From Vicinamibacteria bacterium (GTDB lineage Bacteria; Acidobacteriota; Vicinamibacteria; Marinacidobacterales; Marinacidobacteraceae), in assembly GCA_963668695.2 (NCBI GenBank), contig CAXXLQ010000004.1, positions 2,528,001 through 2,592,000 on the forward strand: a stretch of DNA of 64,000 nt. Direction: 5' to 3'. Both the position numbers and the translations under genes were made by a program. Below the pieces are notes generated by a model. That model saw only the letters and a program-made list of their open reading frames with translations. It was not told the origin of the DNA and ran no database searches. Below are positions 63,245 through 64,000 of the stretch, in pieces. Numbering within the stretch: the first letter of the stretch is position 1; each line of letters starts with the position of its first letter.

Positions 63245-63641
63245 GTGCGCGACGGGAATCGGAGAAGGGAGACGACCGTACCCGGATTGCTGCCCAGGAA
63301 GCGGCCCCTGGCCTTGACTCGTCCGCTCTGGATCGCTGTCATCCTGATGCTCACCCAGGGATGCCAGGAAGACGCGGCGGTGGGGACGGTGCCGCAGCTT
63401 CCGCTAACAACTCTCCCGCCGGATCCGATACCGGTGTGGTTCGCGGACAACGCCCGACCCTTTGATGGTTCCCATCTGTTCCTTCCCCACACCGACATCG
63501 AGTTCCTCCGCGACATCGCGGGCGGCACGCGCATCGTCGCTCCGGGCGAAGCCACCCACGGCACGCGGGATTTCTTCGAGATGAGGCCCCGACTCCTCCG
63601 TTTCCTGGTGGAGGAAATGAGATTCAACACGTTCGCTATCG
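63245..63641 (+). pseudogene. Erythromycin esterase-family N-terminal fragment
   Basis: Signal/lipobox then TDIEFLRD...GEATHGTRDFFEM; homology stops at FAI. Confidence 0.7.
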
Positions 63642-63653
63642 GGCCGGCTGGGT

Positions 63654-64000
63654 CTACCACGCCAGCAAGACTCCCACTCCGGCCGCCATCACACCCAGGA
63701 ACACCGGCGCGATGACCCGGAGGAGCGGGCGGGCGCCCAGTGCCGCCACCATTCCCATCTTGAAACCAGGTTGGCCAGGCCGGCCGTCAGAATGAGCTTC
63801 CCGGTTTGTGCGGGTGGGAGGCGCCCGTCATTCATCATGTTGGCGAGCGAGAGCGTGACGGCATCCACGTCGGTCAATCCGCTCAGAATGGCCACCCCGT
63901 AGAGTCCCGGGGAGCCGAGGACATCCTCGGCGAAAGCGATGAGCAGCAGGACGACTCCATAGAGCGCGGCGAAGACCAGGGCGGTCTTGAATTCCGCCGG
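63654..64000 (-). CDS. MgtC/SapB (DUF4010) membrane protein, 3' part, with a 1-bp frameshift near 63763
   Basis: ALVFAALY, SGLTDVDAVTLS, ANLV(FK); shifted frame gives a final TM helix ending at 63654. Confidence 0.75.

Noticed and set aside
63755-63770. Programmed frameshift in the MgtC/DUF4010 gene
   Set aside because: Single-base loss in a short homopolymer with no slippery heptamer; with similar indels at 3900 and 37693, sequencing error is plausible

Overview
High-GC bacterial chromosomal segment. The gene order lysS-lolC/E-lolD-clpC-bamA-skp-fabZ, recG-rsmD-coaD and icd-mdh-sucCD-ndk is Acidobacteriota-like (inference, not tested). The housekeeping backbone also includes TonB-C and SpoIID-domain genes, miaA, aminotransferases, dcd/dut, nadK-ispA-xseB-xseA-carD, tpx, ahcY, fetAB-like ABC genes and amidohydrolases. 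It is interrupted by small accessory islets and a dense population of non-autonomous intergenic repeats. Main observations: (1) a ~2.2 kb non-coding array of ~65 units (30-33 bp, core AACATGTCGC) directly upstream of an orphan gene ending in a winged-HTH; (2) a PBECR/RelE-like nuclease gene, inactivated by a MITE, followed 10 nt later by a compact multi-stem RNA-like element with a possible loop-loop pseudoknot; (3) an ~18-nt motif (CCCCACCGGGAGAACTGG) pasted in either orientation into several unrelated repeats, with more than 30 copies; (4) a MITE family with a shared core but different self-complementary arms, sitting at gene starts and stops; (5) a complete dcd duplication enclosing 2.1 kb of phage-like gene and tRNA fragments. 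No transposase, integrase, cas gene, CRISPR array, rRNA or intact tRNA was found. All family calls come from motif recognition by eye, not database searches.
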